Source: an uncultured Oscillospiraceae bacterium (GTDB lineage: Bacteria > Bacillota > Clostridia > Oscillospirales > QAMX01). From it: 64,000 nucleotides of DNA. The first letter of the stretch is position 1. Each line of letters starts with the position of its first letter. The stretch covers positions 24,221 through 88,220 of the forward strand of contig CAYUXI010000007.1 of the NCBI GenBank assembly GCA_964448855.1, in the 5' to 3' direction. The notes below the pieces were generated by a model that was given only the letters and a program-made list of their open reading frames with translations, was not told the origin of the DNA and made no database searches. Below are positions 1-8,523 of the stretch, one piece after another. A program made the translations under genes and the position numbers.

Positions 1-360
1 TTCGGCGGTGTCGGCGGGGTCAAAGACCAACGTCAGCCCTTTGTCGAAAACAAGCTGATTGCCCACAATGGAAGCATAGCCGGTCGCGGTGTAGCGCAGT
101 CCACTGCTGTGGGTGACGGTTGCGGTCTGGCCTTCCTCCTGAATGGTGACGGTCGGCTCAAAGACCGGCTGATCAGGGACGGCAATTTCAATGATCGAGT
201 CGGAAACGGTGGTTGCTTCTGGATCAGCAGAGGATGCGGACGTCGCCGACGGACTGTCCGATGCGGTGGGATGCGCGGGTTCGGCCTGACAGGCGGCCAA
301 CGGAAGAAGCAGCGCTGTCAGAACGGCGGAGAGCCGGAACAAATGCGATCTGCGTTTCAT
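1..360 (-). CDS. Lipoprotein, partial (C-terminus lies beyond the window start). Hand-translated minus-strand ORF starting at the ATG at 360. Begins MKRRSHLFRLSAVLTALLLPLAAC QAEP..., with no stop codon before position 1.
   Basis: Signal peptide with lipobox LAAC, open frame to the window edge. Absent from the ORF track because it is edge-truncated. Confidence 0.5.
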   Translation of the reverse strand, partial: MKRRSHLFRLSAVLTALLLPLAACQAEPAHPTASDSPSATSASSADPEATTVSDSIIEIAVPDQPVFEPTVTIQEEGQTATVTHSSGLRYTATGYASIVGNQLVFDKGLTLVFDPADTAE

Positions 361-526
361 AAGGCGAAAACCTCCTTGCACATGAAAACCCGGATGCATT
401 GATTATACCATGTTTCGGCGCCAAATGCAATCCAAAAAAAATCGTCACATCGCCATACACCATACTGAAACCACATTTTGAAGCATAAAGATAGCAGCAG
501 AAGTGCGAAAAAAGGGGGACAGTTTC

Positions 527-1438
527 GTGACCAAAACACGGCTCGGCGCGTCCGTTCTTAGAGGCAGCCTGCTGATTTCCGTGGGGCTGCTGCTCATCGG
601 CTCTGCCACCGTCCGGACAGCCGTTCAAAAGGGAATGCAGCTGGCCATCGGCAGCGTGATTCCGTCTCTGTTTGTCTTTTCCGTGACCGCCGACCTGATC
701 GTCCGTCTGGATGCGCTGCGCCCGGCATCCAGACTGCTGTCGCCGCTTTTTCGCCGCATCCTGCACTTGCCGCCGGATGCTGCGAGTGCGTTTCTGCTGG
801 GTGCTGCCGGCGGCTATCCCATCGGCGCACAGACCGTTGCAGCGCTGTATGAAGCGGGGATACTGAACCGCCGGGAAGCGGAATACGCCCTCAGCTTTTC
901 CAACAACTGCGGTGCCGCGTACATGATTGCCGTCGTCGGACCGCAGCTGGGACTGACAACGGCAAAGAGCGCCCGGCTGTTTGGCCTGCATCTGCTTGCC
1001 GCCCTCCTCACCGCCGTCCTGCTCCGACCGTTTGCCATGCGCGGTGAAGCCGCACCGGCACACGAAAGCCTGAGGCCGTCATCGGCCAATCAGGAGAGCT
1101 TGCCTGTGCATCTGACCGGTGCGGTCGGACGCGCATCGCTGGCCATGCTTCGCCTGTGCGGCTGGATTTGCCTCTTCAGCGTGGCGACCGCCTTGGCCGA
1201 CCTCGTGCAGGCCGGTGCAGCAGCCGGACTGCTGGAGCTGTCGTCAGGCATTGCAGCACTGGACCGGAACGAGCTGGCAACGGGCGCATTCCTGACGGGG
1301 TTCGGTGGGCTGTGCGTAGCCTGTCAGACAGCATCCTTCGCCGCCCCACATCACCTGCGAATGCGGTGGTATTGGGCGGGCAAGCTCCTGCAGGCTTTTC
1401 TTTCAGCAGCACTCAGCCGCCTGCTGCTGGCGGGATAA
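527..1438 (+). CDS. YlbJ-like sporulation integral membrane protein (nucleoside-recognition / Gate domain). Likely GTG start at 527 after an AAGGGGGA RBS; the track ORF begins at 503.
   Basis: Multi-TM protein with Gate-domain-like composition (GAAGGYPIGAQT..., NNCGAAYMIAVVGPQLG). Sits in a sporulation neighbourhood next to spoIVA. Confidence 0.45.
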   Translation: MTKTRLGASVLRGSLLISVGLLLIGSATVRTAVQKGMQLAIGSVIPSLFVFSVTADLIVRLDALRPASRLLSPLFRRILHLPPDAASAFLLGAAGGYPIGAQTVAALYEAGILNRREAEYALSFSNNCGAAYMIAVVGPQLGLTTAKSARLFGLHLLAALLTAVLLRPFAMRGEAAPAHESLRPSSANQESLPVHLTGAVGRASLAMLRLCGWICLFSVATALADLVQAGAAAGLLELSSGIAALDRNELATGAFLTGFGGLCVACQTASFAAPHHLRMRWYWAGKLLQAFLSAALSRLLLAG

Positions 1439-1549
1439 AAAAGTCGCCGTCGGCGCATATCCGCGCGGGAGGGACAATAGAATGAAACAGAGAACAGACA
1501 GATTTCAAAACGCCTGAATCTGTGAGCAGGCTGAAAGGGTGAAAGCAGA

Positions 1550-3112
1550 ATGGAATTGAATTTGAAGCGCGAACCGGTCAGGGATTTGGCAGCCATTGCC
1601 CGCCTGAGTGCGATTTCGGAGGAAAGCGGAGACGTCGTCGTCCCAGACAGCCTGCCGGATATCATCCGCATCGTTGAAACGGATGCGCACGTGGAGGTCA
1701 AAAACCGCGAGGTACGCGGAGGAAAGCTGTACGCGGAGGCGGCTGCACATATCAGCGTCGTGTACGTGCCGGAGTCGGGCGGTGGCCTCTGCCGCCTGGC
1801 CATTTCGCTGCCGCTGTCCGCAGCGATGGAGCTGGGTGAGGAGGCGGAACAGGCCGAACAGATTCTGCTCGATGCCGCGCTGCTTTCGGCGACGGCGCGG
1901 GAGCTGAATCCGCGAAAAATCTCGGTCAAGGTTGCCTGCAATTTTGTGGGCACGGTGTATGCGGCGCGGGAGCAGGAGCTCTGTACCGGCCTGGAACAGA
2001 GCGGAGCCGTGGAAATCCGAACCGAGGCCAGGCGTGTCCGTCTGACGACCGGCCTCTGCGAAAAGACGCTGACAATTTCGGACTCTGCAGAATTGAACAT
2101 CAACCCATCGGATTGCTCGGAAATCCTGAAATATGAGCTCCATATCAAAACACTCGATCAAAAAAATATCCGGAACAAAATCATCCTCAAGGGCGAAATT
2201 CAGGTGACGATGCTCGTCTCCGGCCGGTCGGAAGAATCAACCATCCGAACCGTAGAGGCGGTGCTTCCGTTTGCCGGCGTGCTGGACTGCGAAGGCGTGC
2301 AGGAGGAATCGGCGGTGGAGCTGAAATACCGTGTCGCCGGGTGCGAACTGGAACCGGTGACGGAAAACGGAACCAATCGCCCGCTGCTGACGGCAAAGCT
2401 CAATCTGACGGTTTGCGCAGAGGCATGGGAGGAGCGGGAAATCAGCTGGATTGCAGACGCCTACAGCCTGAAAGGCAGCCTGCTTTGCGATACGGCGACA
2501 CTGCCGTTCCGCAAAGCGCAGAAGCCGGAGACGCTGCGGCAGACAGAGCGCGATACCATTGCAACCGGCGTTGCGATCCGCAATGTCTATCTCTGCAGCG
2601 TGACCGCCGATCATGCTGCCTGCCGTGATACGGAGGAGGGCTGCGAGGCCGTGGCAGACGTGAAACTGAAGCTGATTCTGGAAGCGGAGGACGGCGGCAT
2701 CTATGCACTGGTCAAAAACGTCACCGCATCGGCGACGGGGAGCGGGCACGGCTATGCGGTGGAAAGCCTGCAGGTTGCCGATCAGAGCTATCACATCAGC
2801 GGTAGCGAAGACGTGGAGGTGCGCTATACGCTCGTCTTCTCCCTGCAGGGCAACGAGGAGGAAACCGTCACCCAGGTGAGCGGGATGCATCTGGAGGCCG
2901 ACGCGGAGGAGGACGTCCGCAAACCGGCACTCACACTCTGCTTCGCCGGCGAGGGCGAAACATTCTGGATGCTCGGCAAACGTCTGGGCGCTTCGTCCAC
3001 CGAGATTCAAACGGCCAACGGCCTGACGGGTGACTGTCCGCCGACAGGCAAAATGCTCCTGATTCCGCGGGGCGCACGCGCCGACAGACAGGAAGGGGGA
3101 ATGAAAGCATGA
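1550..3112 (+). CDS. SipL/SpoVID-like protein: N-terminal DUF3794-like region (VVPDSLPDIIRIVE) and C-terminal LysM-like segment (GEGETFWMLGKRLGASSTEIQTANGL).
   Basis: About 520 aa. Architecture and size match the SpoIVA-interacting protein SipL (C. difficile) and SpoVID. Its stop overlaps the spoIVA start (ATGA). Confidence 0.5.
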   Translation: MELNLKREPVRDLAAIARLSAISEESGDVVVPDSLPDIIRIVETDAHVEVKNREVRGGKLYAEAAAHISVVYVPESGGGLCRLAISLPLSAAMELGEEAEQAEQILLDAALLSATARELNPRKISVKVACNFVGTVYAAREQELCTGLEQSGAVEIRTEARRVRLTTGLCEKTLTISDSAELNINPSDCSEILKYELHIKTLDQKNIRNKIILKGEIQVTMLVSGRSEESTIRTVEAVLPFAGVLDCEGVQEESAVELKYRVAGCELEPVTENGTNRPLLTAKLNLTVCAEAWEEREISWIADAYSLKGSLLCDTATLPFRKAQKPETLRQTERDTIATGVAIRNVYLCSVTADHAACRDTEEGCEAVADVKLKLILEAEDGGIYALVKNVTASATGSGHGYAVESLQVADQSYHISGSEDVEVRYTLVFSLQGNEEETVTQVSGMHLEADAEEDVRKPALTLCFAGEGETFWMLGKRLGASSTEIQTANGLTGDCPPTGKMLLIPRGARADRQEGGMKA

Positions 3113-4584
3113 ATATGCAGGAACTGTATGCGGATATCAGCGAGCGGACAGGCGGGAGCATCTATATCGGCGTGGTGGGTCCCGTTCGAACGGGCAAGTC
3201 CACCTTCATCAAGCGCTTCCTGACGACCTTCGTCATTCCAAATCTGGAAAATGAACACCAGAAGGCGCGTGCGATGGATGAGCTGCCGCAGAGCGGCGCC
3301 GGCCGAACAGTTATGACGGCAGAGCCCAAATTCATCCCGGAGGACGCGGCAGAGGTGTGTCTGGGCGGTGTTTCGGCGAACATTCGCATGGTGGACAGCG
3401 TTGGCTATCTCGTACCGAGTGCGCTGGGACAGTTCGAAGACGAGCTGCCGCGCATGGTCAGTACACCGTGGTTCGACCATGAAATCCCCATGACGGAGGC
3501 GGCGGAAATCGGCACGCGAAAGGTGATTGCCGACCATGCAACGATCGGCGTGATGGTGACCACAGACGGGACGATCACCGACATCCCACGGGAAGAGTAC
3601 GCCGACGCGGAGACACGCGTCATTCAGGAGCTGCAGGCCACCGGCAAACCGTTCGTGATCGTCATCAATTCCACCAATCCGAATGGCAGCGAGGCACAGT
3701 CGATAGCAGCCGAGCTGCGCAGCCGCTACGATGTCTCCGTCGTGGCTGCCGACGTCATGCAGATGGAGGTGCCGACGCTCGAGGCCATCCTGACGAGCGT
3801 TCTCTATGAATTCCCGCTGCAAACGGTGGATGTGTTTCTGCCGGACTGGTGTACATCGCTGCCGCCGAACCACTGGCTGAAGGAAACCATTTTCCGAAGT
3901 GCCGGCCATGCGGCGTCCGGCATCCGCCGTGTCCGCGATGTCGAAGCGCTGGAAACGGCGCTGTCGGCGGTGGACTGCGTCGCCTCCTGCCAGTGCCGCG
4001 ACGTCGGTCTGAGCAACGGCGCAGCCGCCCTGGAGGTGGAAATCCCTCGCTCCGTCTTTTATCGAATTGCCAATGAAGAAACCGGCTTCACGCTGTCCGG
4101 CGATCAGGCACTCCTGCCGCTGCTGCGCGAGCTGGCCGAGACGAAAGCGGCCTATGAGCGATTCCGGACAGCCATCGAAGAGGTGGAGCAGAAGGGCTAC
4201 GGCATCGTCACGCCGGGCATCGCGGAGCTGACGCTGGAACCGCCGGAGCTGGTTCGGCAGGGCAGTCAGTTCGGCGTGAAGCTGTCGGCGTCCGCTCCGT
4301 CGATTCACATGATCAAGGCGAATATCCAGACCACAGTCTCACCGATTGTGGGCAGCGAAAAGCAGTCGGAGGAGCTGGTCGAATCGCTGATGAGCGAATT
4401 CGAGGATGACGCCCTGAAAATCTGGGAATCGAACATCTTCGGCAAATCCCTGCATGAACTGGTCAGCGAAGGGCTGACCGGGAAATTGAACCATATGCCC
4501 GAAGCGGCGCGGTGCAAGCTCCGCGAAACGCTGGAACGCATCATCAATGAAGGCAGCTCCGGCCTGATCTGTATCATCCTGTAG
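3109..4584 (+). CDS. spoIVA: Stage IV sporulation protein A (SpoIVA), spore-coat morphogenetic ATPase.
   Basis: 491 aa. N-terminus MNMQELYADISERTGGSIYIGVVGPVRTGKSTFIKRF carries the conserved SpoIVA Walker A. GGAAGGGGGA RBS. Confidence 0.85.
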   Translation: MNMQELYADISERTGGSIYIGVVGPVRTGKSTFIKRFLTTFVIPNLENEHQKARAMDELPQSGAGRTVMTAEPKFIPEDAAEVCLGGVSANIRMVDSVGYLVPSALGQFEDELPRMVSTPWFDHEIPMTEAAEIGTRKVIADHATIGVMVTTDGTITDIPREEYADAETRVIQELQATGKPFVIVINSTNPNGSEAQSIAAELRSRYDVSVVAADVMQMEVPTLEAILTSVLYEFPLQTVDVFLPDWCTSLPPNHWLKETIFRSAGHAASGIRRVRDVEALETALSAVDCVASCQCRDVGLSNGAAALEVEIPRSVFYRIANEETGFTLSGDQALLPLLRELAETKAAYERFRTAIEEVEQKGYGIVTPGIAELTLEPPELVRQGSQFGVKLSASAPSIHMIKANIQTTVSPIVGSEKQSEELVESLMSEFEDDALKIWESNIFGKSLHELVSEGLTGKLNHMPEAARCKLRETLERIINEGSSGLICIIL

Positions 4585-4604
4585 CCTCCCAATCCGATGA
4601 AACC

Positions 4605-4647
4605 GCCGACAGCCCGACCGTTTGCAGCCCAAACGGCCGGGCTGTCG
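4605..4647 (+). terminator. Long near-perfect hairpin (19 bp stem, CCGACAGCCCGACCGTTTG / CAAACGGCCGGGCTGTCGG) downstream of spoIVA; weak U-tract.
   Basis: Inverted repeat read directly from the sequence. No clean T-run, so it may be a Rho-independent terminator of atypical form or an RNA structure. Confidence 0.35.
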
Positions 4648-4658
4648 GCAGAAAAATC

Positions 4659-4687
4659 TTTACAGACTTTCCAATTTGTAGTATAAT
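4659..4687 (+). promoter_or_regulatory. Sigma-A type promoter for the hydrogenase operon: -35 TTTACA, 17 bp spacer, -10 TATAAT.
   Basis: Motifs read in the sequence; lies about 40 bp upstream of the DRTGG gene start. Confidence 0.5.
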
Positions 4688-4726
4688 GAAATCAACAGAA
4701 AATCTCAGGATGGGAGCGGAACAGAT

Positions 4727-5161
4727 ATGACAGTCAGAGAATTGTCGCGGGCGCTGAACTGGCCGATGGCCGTCGAGGGAGCGGACAGGCCCGTCTGCGG
4801 CGGGTGGTGCGGCGACCTCTTGAGCCACGCCATGACCCATGCGGCGAAAAATGCCGCGTGGATTACGGTCATGACAAACGTCAATGTGGCGGCGGTCGCG
4901 GTCATGCGCGAGGTGGCCTGCATCATTCTGGCGGACGGACAGCAGCCGGATGAATCGCTACTCGATGTAGCGATTAAAGAGAAAATTACAATTATATGCA
5001 CGCACGAAGACGTGTATACGGCGGCAATTTGTCTGTCACAGCAACTTTTAAGACCAAAAAAATATCGAAATGAGATCGGTTTTCCGGAAAAACGCTGGAC
5101 GCCGCCAAAAAAAAATTGGGTTTTCCAAAAGGAAATGGTGGAAAAATTTCGAAAAATGTGA
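4727..5161 (+). CDS. DRTGG-domain protein, the usual first gene of trimeric/tetrameric [FeFe]-hydrogenase operons. The C-terminal 40 codons are low-complexity, so the true stop is uncertain.
   Basis: The N-terminal 100 aa resemble DRTGG-domain proteins found next to bifurcating hydrogenase genes. The tail overlaps an A/T-rich regulatory-looking stretch. Confidence 0.5.
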   Translation: MTVRELSRALNWPMAVEGADRPVCGGWCGDLLSHAMTHAAKNAAWITVMTNVNVAAVAVMREVACIILADGQQPDESLLDVAIKEKITIICTHEDVYTAAICLSQQLLRPKKYRNEIGFPEKRWTPPKKNWVFQKEMVEKFRKM

Positions 5162-5256
5162 TACAATAGTGGCAACTCTGCGGAGCCGTTCCCGGCGCGG
5201 GCAGATGGTCTCGCTCCGGGTCTTTGACCGCAGCATATTTGAGGAGGATTGCAGGA

Positions 5257-5754
5257 ATGAAAAATAAGTTGGAGACAGTCCCGTTCAAGGACTCGCCTGA
5301 AAAACGGGCGCAGCTTGAACAGATCATCGCCGAGCATAAAGACATTCCGGGCGCGCTGGTTCAGGTTCTGAAAAAAGCGCAGGAAGTATATGGCTATCTG
5401 CCGCTTGAGGTTCAGATGGCTGTGGCAGACGGGCTTGGATTATCCCTGGAAGAGGTCTACGGCGTCGTAACCTTCTACGCGCTGTTTTCCATTGAACCAA
5501 AGGGTCAGCACCGCATCTCCGTCTGCCTGGGTACCGCCTGTTACGTCAAGGGCTCCGGCGCGATCTATCAAAAACTCTGCGAACGGCTTGGCATGAAGGA
5601 AAGCGGCGGCTGTACGCCGGATGGCAAGTTCTCGCTGGAAGCGTGCCGCTGCATCGGTGCCTGCGGGCTGGCCCCGGTTTTGACGGTCGATGATGAAGTC
5701 TACGGCCGCCTGACTGTGGACGATGTGGATAAGATTCTGGCCAAATACGCATAA
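5257..5754 (+). CDS. NADH-quinone oxidoreductase subunit E-like [2Fe-2S] thioredoxin-fold protein (HndA/HydC-type hydrogenase subunit). Start taken at MKNKLETV after a GAGGAGGA RBS.
   Basis: NuoE-family cysteine pattern: CLGTACYVKG ... CRCIGACGLAPV. Confidence 0.8.
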   Translation: MKNKLETVPFKDSPEKRAQLEQIIAEHKDIPGALVQVLKKAQEVYGYLPLEVQMAVADGLGLSLEEVYGVVTFYALFSIEPKGQHRISVCLGTACYVKGSGAIYQKLCERLGMKESGGCTPDGKFSLEACRCIGACGLAPVLTVDDEVYGRLTVDDVDKILAKYA

Positions 5755-5759
5755 GCAGG

Positions 5760-6320
5760 ATGAGAGAGCTGTCCCTTCACATTCTGGATATCATTCAGAA
5801 TTCCGTTTCCGCCGGTGCAACGCTGGTGCAGACAGAACTCCGGACAGAAGCGCAGTCCGGACGACTGGAGATCACCATCGCCGATAACGGGAGCGGCATG
5901 ACCGCCGAACAGCTGAAACGTGCGTCGGATCCGTTCTATACCACCCGCTCCAACCGGCGGATTGGCCTCGGCATCCCGCTCTTTCGACAGGCGGCAGAAA
6001 TGACAGGCGGCAGCCTTGCAATGCAATCGCAGGCAGGCAGGGGGACGGTGCTGCACGCTGTTTTCCATACAGACAGCATCGACTGTATGCCCCTCGGCAA
6101 TTTGAGCGAGACGTTTTCCACGCTCGCCATCTGCTATCCGCAGATCGATTTTGTCCTGACCTGCCACCTGGATGCAGACACTGTGATCATGGATACGCGC
6201 AGGCTGCGCGAAATCCTCGGTGATATCCCGCTGTCTGCACCGGAGGTTTCCGGATTTCTCCGAGCCTATTTCCGGGTGGAGCTCCCTGCGGACACATTTC
6301 CTGCGTGGAACAAGAAATAA
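5760..6320 (+). CDS. Histidine-kinase-like ATPase domain protein (HATPase_c only), an accessory gene typical of HydABC operons.
   Basis: ITIADNGSGMTAEQ ... GLGIPLFRQAAEMTGGSL match the G1/G2 boxes of the HATPase_c fold; there is no DHp or sensor domain. Confidence 0.6.
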   Translation: MRELSLHILDIIQNSVSAGATLVQTELRTEAQSGRLEITIADNGSGMTAEQLKRASDPFYTTRSNRRIGLGIPLFRQAAEMTGGSLAMQSQAGRGTVLHAVFHTDSIDCMPLGNLSETFSTLAICYPQIDFVLTCHLDADTVIMDTRRLREILGDIPLSAPEVSGFLRAYFRVELPADTFPAWNKK

Positions 6321-6332
6321 GGAGAAGGATTT

Positions 6333-6701
6333 ATGAAGTCACTCGAAGAACTGAGAGCCATCAAAGAACAGATGAAAACGAAGATCGGCATCAGAAATGA
6401 CGATAAAGCCAGAATTCACGTCGTTGTCGGCATGGCAACCTGTGGAATTGCTGCGGGTGCTCGCCCAGTCGTCAAAGCGATTACGGATGCCATCGGCGAA
6501 AGCGGCCTGGTGGACGTCGCAGTCTCACTGACCGGCTGCATCGGCCTCTGCCAGTATGAGCCGATCGTCGAAATTACGGATGAAACCGGCACCAAAACAA
6601 CCTATATCAACATGACCCCCGAAAAAGCACGCAGCGTCGTGGAAAGCCACGTTGTCAACGGCAACGTTGTGACGGAATACACACTCGGCGAGAATGCCTG
6701 A
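6333..6701 (+). CDS. [2Fe-2S] thioredoxin-like ferredoxin (HndB-like).
   Basis: 122 aa with a CGIAAG ... CIGLCQYEP cysteine pattern, positioned between the NuoE-like and NuoF-like genes. Strong AAGGAGAAGG RBS. Confidence 0.7.
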   Translation: MKSLEELRAIKEQMKTKIGIRNDDKARIHVVVGMATCGIAAGARPVVKAITDAIGESGLVDVAVSLTGCIGLCQYEPIVEITDETGTKTTYINMTPEKARSVVESHVVNGNVVTEYTLGENA

Positions 6702-6721
6702 ACAATAAAGGAGGAAAAAAT

Positions 6722-8509
6722 ATGTATCGTTCCCACGTACTTGTCTGCGGCGGTACCGGATGCACGTCCTCCGGAAGCGCGAAGGTCATTGATGCGCTGA
6801 AAGCCGAAATCGAAAAAAATGGTCTGAGCGAAGAAATCCAGGTCATTAAGACCGGCTGCTTTGGCCTCTGTGCCGTCGGCCCGATCATGATTGTCTATCC
6901 GGAAGGCTCGTTCTATTCCGGCGTTACGGCAGACGATATGCCGGAAATCGTCACGGAGCACCTCCTCAAAGGGCGTCCTGTCAAACGGCTGCTTTACAAA
7001 GAAACCGTGACGGAAGATATGATCAAATCGCTCAATCATACGCCGTTTTACTCCAAACAGAAACGTGTCGCGCTCCGCAACTGCGGCGTAATCAACCCGG
7101 AAAATATCGATGAATATATCGCCTACGACGGCTACGAAGCGCTGGGCAAATGCCTGACGGAATACACGCCGGAGCAGGTCATCCAAATCGTCAAGGACTC
7201 CGGCCTCCGTGGCCGCGGCGGTGCCGGCTTCCTGACCGGCCTGAAATGGCAGTTCGCCGCTGCCAACCAGGCCGACCAGAAATACGTCTGCTGCAACGCT
7301 GATGAAGGGGACCCGGGCGCATTTATGGATCGCTCCGTTCTGGAAGGCGACCCGCACAGCGTCATTGAAGCCATGGCCATCGCCGGCTATGCAATCGGCG
7401 CAACACAGGGCTATATCTACATCCGCGCCGAATACCCGATTGCCGTCAAACGCCTGGAAATTGCCATCAATCAGGCGCGTGAATACGGCCTCCTCGGCAA
7501 AAATATCTTCTCGACCGGCTTTGATTTCGATATCGAAATCCGCCTCGGTGCCGGTGCATTCGTCTGCGGCGAGGAAACCGCTCTGATGACCTCCATCGAA
7601 GGCAAACGCGGCGAACCGCGTCCGCGCCCGCCGTTCCCGGCTCTGAAGGGTCTGTTCGGCAAACCGACCATCCTGAATAACGTCGAAACCTATGCCAATA
7701 TCGCGCAGATCATCCTCAAGGGTCCGGAATGGTTCTCCTCCATGGGAACCGAAAAGAGCAAGGGGACGAAGGTCTTTGCGCTCGGTGGCAAAATCCACAA
7801 CACCGGTCTGGTGGAAGTCCCGATGGGAACGACACTGCGCGAAGTCATCGAGGAAATCGGCGGCGGCATCCCGAACGGGAAGAAGTTCAAAGCCGCACAA
7901 ACCGGTGGTCCGTCCGGCGGCTGTATTCCGGCTGAACACTTTGACATCCCGATCGACTATGACAACCTGATCAGCATCGGCTCCATGATGGGCTCTGGCG
8001 GTCTGATTGTTATGGACGAAGACAACTGCATGGTGGATATTGCCAAGTTCTTCCTGGAATTCACGGTCGATGAATCCTGCGGAAAATGCACGCCGTGCCG
8101 AATCGGTACCAAACGCCTGTATGAAATGCTCGACAAGATCACAAAGGGTCAGGGGACACTGGAAGATCTGGACAAGATGGAGAAGCTCTGCTACTACATC
8201 AAGAACAACTCCCTCTGCGGCCTCGGCCAGACGGCACCGAACCCGGTTCTCTCCACCCTCCGCTACTTCCGGGACGAATACATCGCTCACGTCACGGAGA
8301 AACGCTGCCCGGCCGGTGTCTGCAAGAAGCTCCTGAACTATGAAATTGTCGCTGATCAGTGCAAGGGCTGTACGGCCTGCGCCAGACAGTGCCCGGTCAA
8401 TGCCATCAGCGGCACCGTGAAGCAGCCCCATGTCATTGACTCGTCGAAGTGCATCAAGTGCGGCGCCTGTATGGAAAAATGCAAGTTTGGCGCCATCATC
8501 AAGAAATAA
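6722..8509 (+). CDS. NuoF-like NAD(P)H-binding flavoprotein subunit of the bifurcating hydrogenase (HndC/HydB): N-terminal 2Fe-2S, FMN/NADH site and C-terminal 2x[4Fe-4S] ferredoxin domain.
   Basis: GRGGAGFLTGLKW, FVCGEETALMTSIEGKRGEPRPRPPFPA, ESCGKCTPCR, CKGCTACARQCP and CIKCGACMEKC motifs. Confidence 0.88.
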   Translation: MYRSHVLVCGGTGCTSSGSAKVIDALKAEIEKNGLSEEIQVIKTGCFGLCAVGPIMIVYPEGSFYSGVTADDMPEIVTEHLLKGRPVKRLLYKETVTEDMIKSLNHTPFYSKQKRVALRNCGVINPENIDEYIAYDGYEALGKCLTEYTPEQVIQIVKDSGLRGRGGAGFLTGLKWQFAAANQADQKYVCCNADEGDPGAFMDRSVLEGDPHSVIEAMAIAGYAIGATQGYIYIRAEYPIAVKRLEIAINQAREYGLLGKNIFSTGFDFDIEIRLGAGAFVCGEETALMTSIEGKRGEPRPRPPFPALKGLFGKPTILNNVETYANIAQIILKGPEWFSSMGTEKSKGTKVFALGGKIHNTGLVEVPMGTTLREVIEEIGGGIPNGKKFKAAQTGGPSGGCIPAEHFDIPIDYDNLISIGSMMGSGGLIVMDEDNCMVDIAKFFLEFTVDESCGKCTPCRIGTKRLYEMLDKITKGQGTLEDLDKMEKLCYYIKNNSLCGLGQTAPNPVLSTLRYFRDEYIAHVTEKRCPAGVCKKLLNYEIVADQCKGCTACARQCPVNAISGTVKQPHVIDSSKCIKCGACMEKCKFGAIIKK

Positions 8510-8523
8510 GGAGGAGCGGACTC

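Noticed and set aside
109-402. 97-aa plus-strand ORF and the 224..1063 minus-strand ORF at the window start.
   Set aside because: Both overlap better-supported genes in other frames: the partial lipoprotein on the minus strand, and the ylbJ-like gene. Their translations are low-complexity.
4640-4730. Search for a Rex operator (TTGTTAA-N4-TTAACAA) at the hydrogenase promoter.
   Set aside because: Only a weak resemblance (TTGTAGTATAATGAAATCAACA); the half-sites do not match the consensus. No convincing Rex box was seen.
5070-5267. 65-aa Lys/Arg-rich ORF overlapping the A/T-rich element.
   Set aside because: It is a translation of A-rich regulatory DNA (poly-Lys artefact). It overlaps the end of the DRTGG gene and the NuoE-like gene start.
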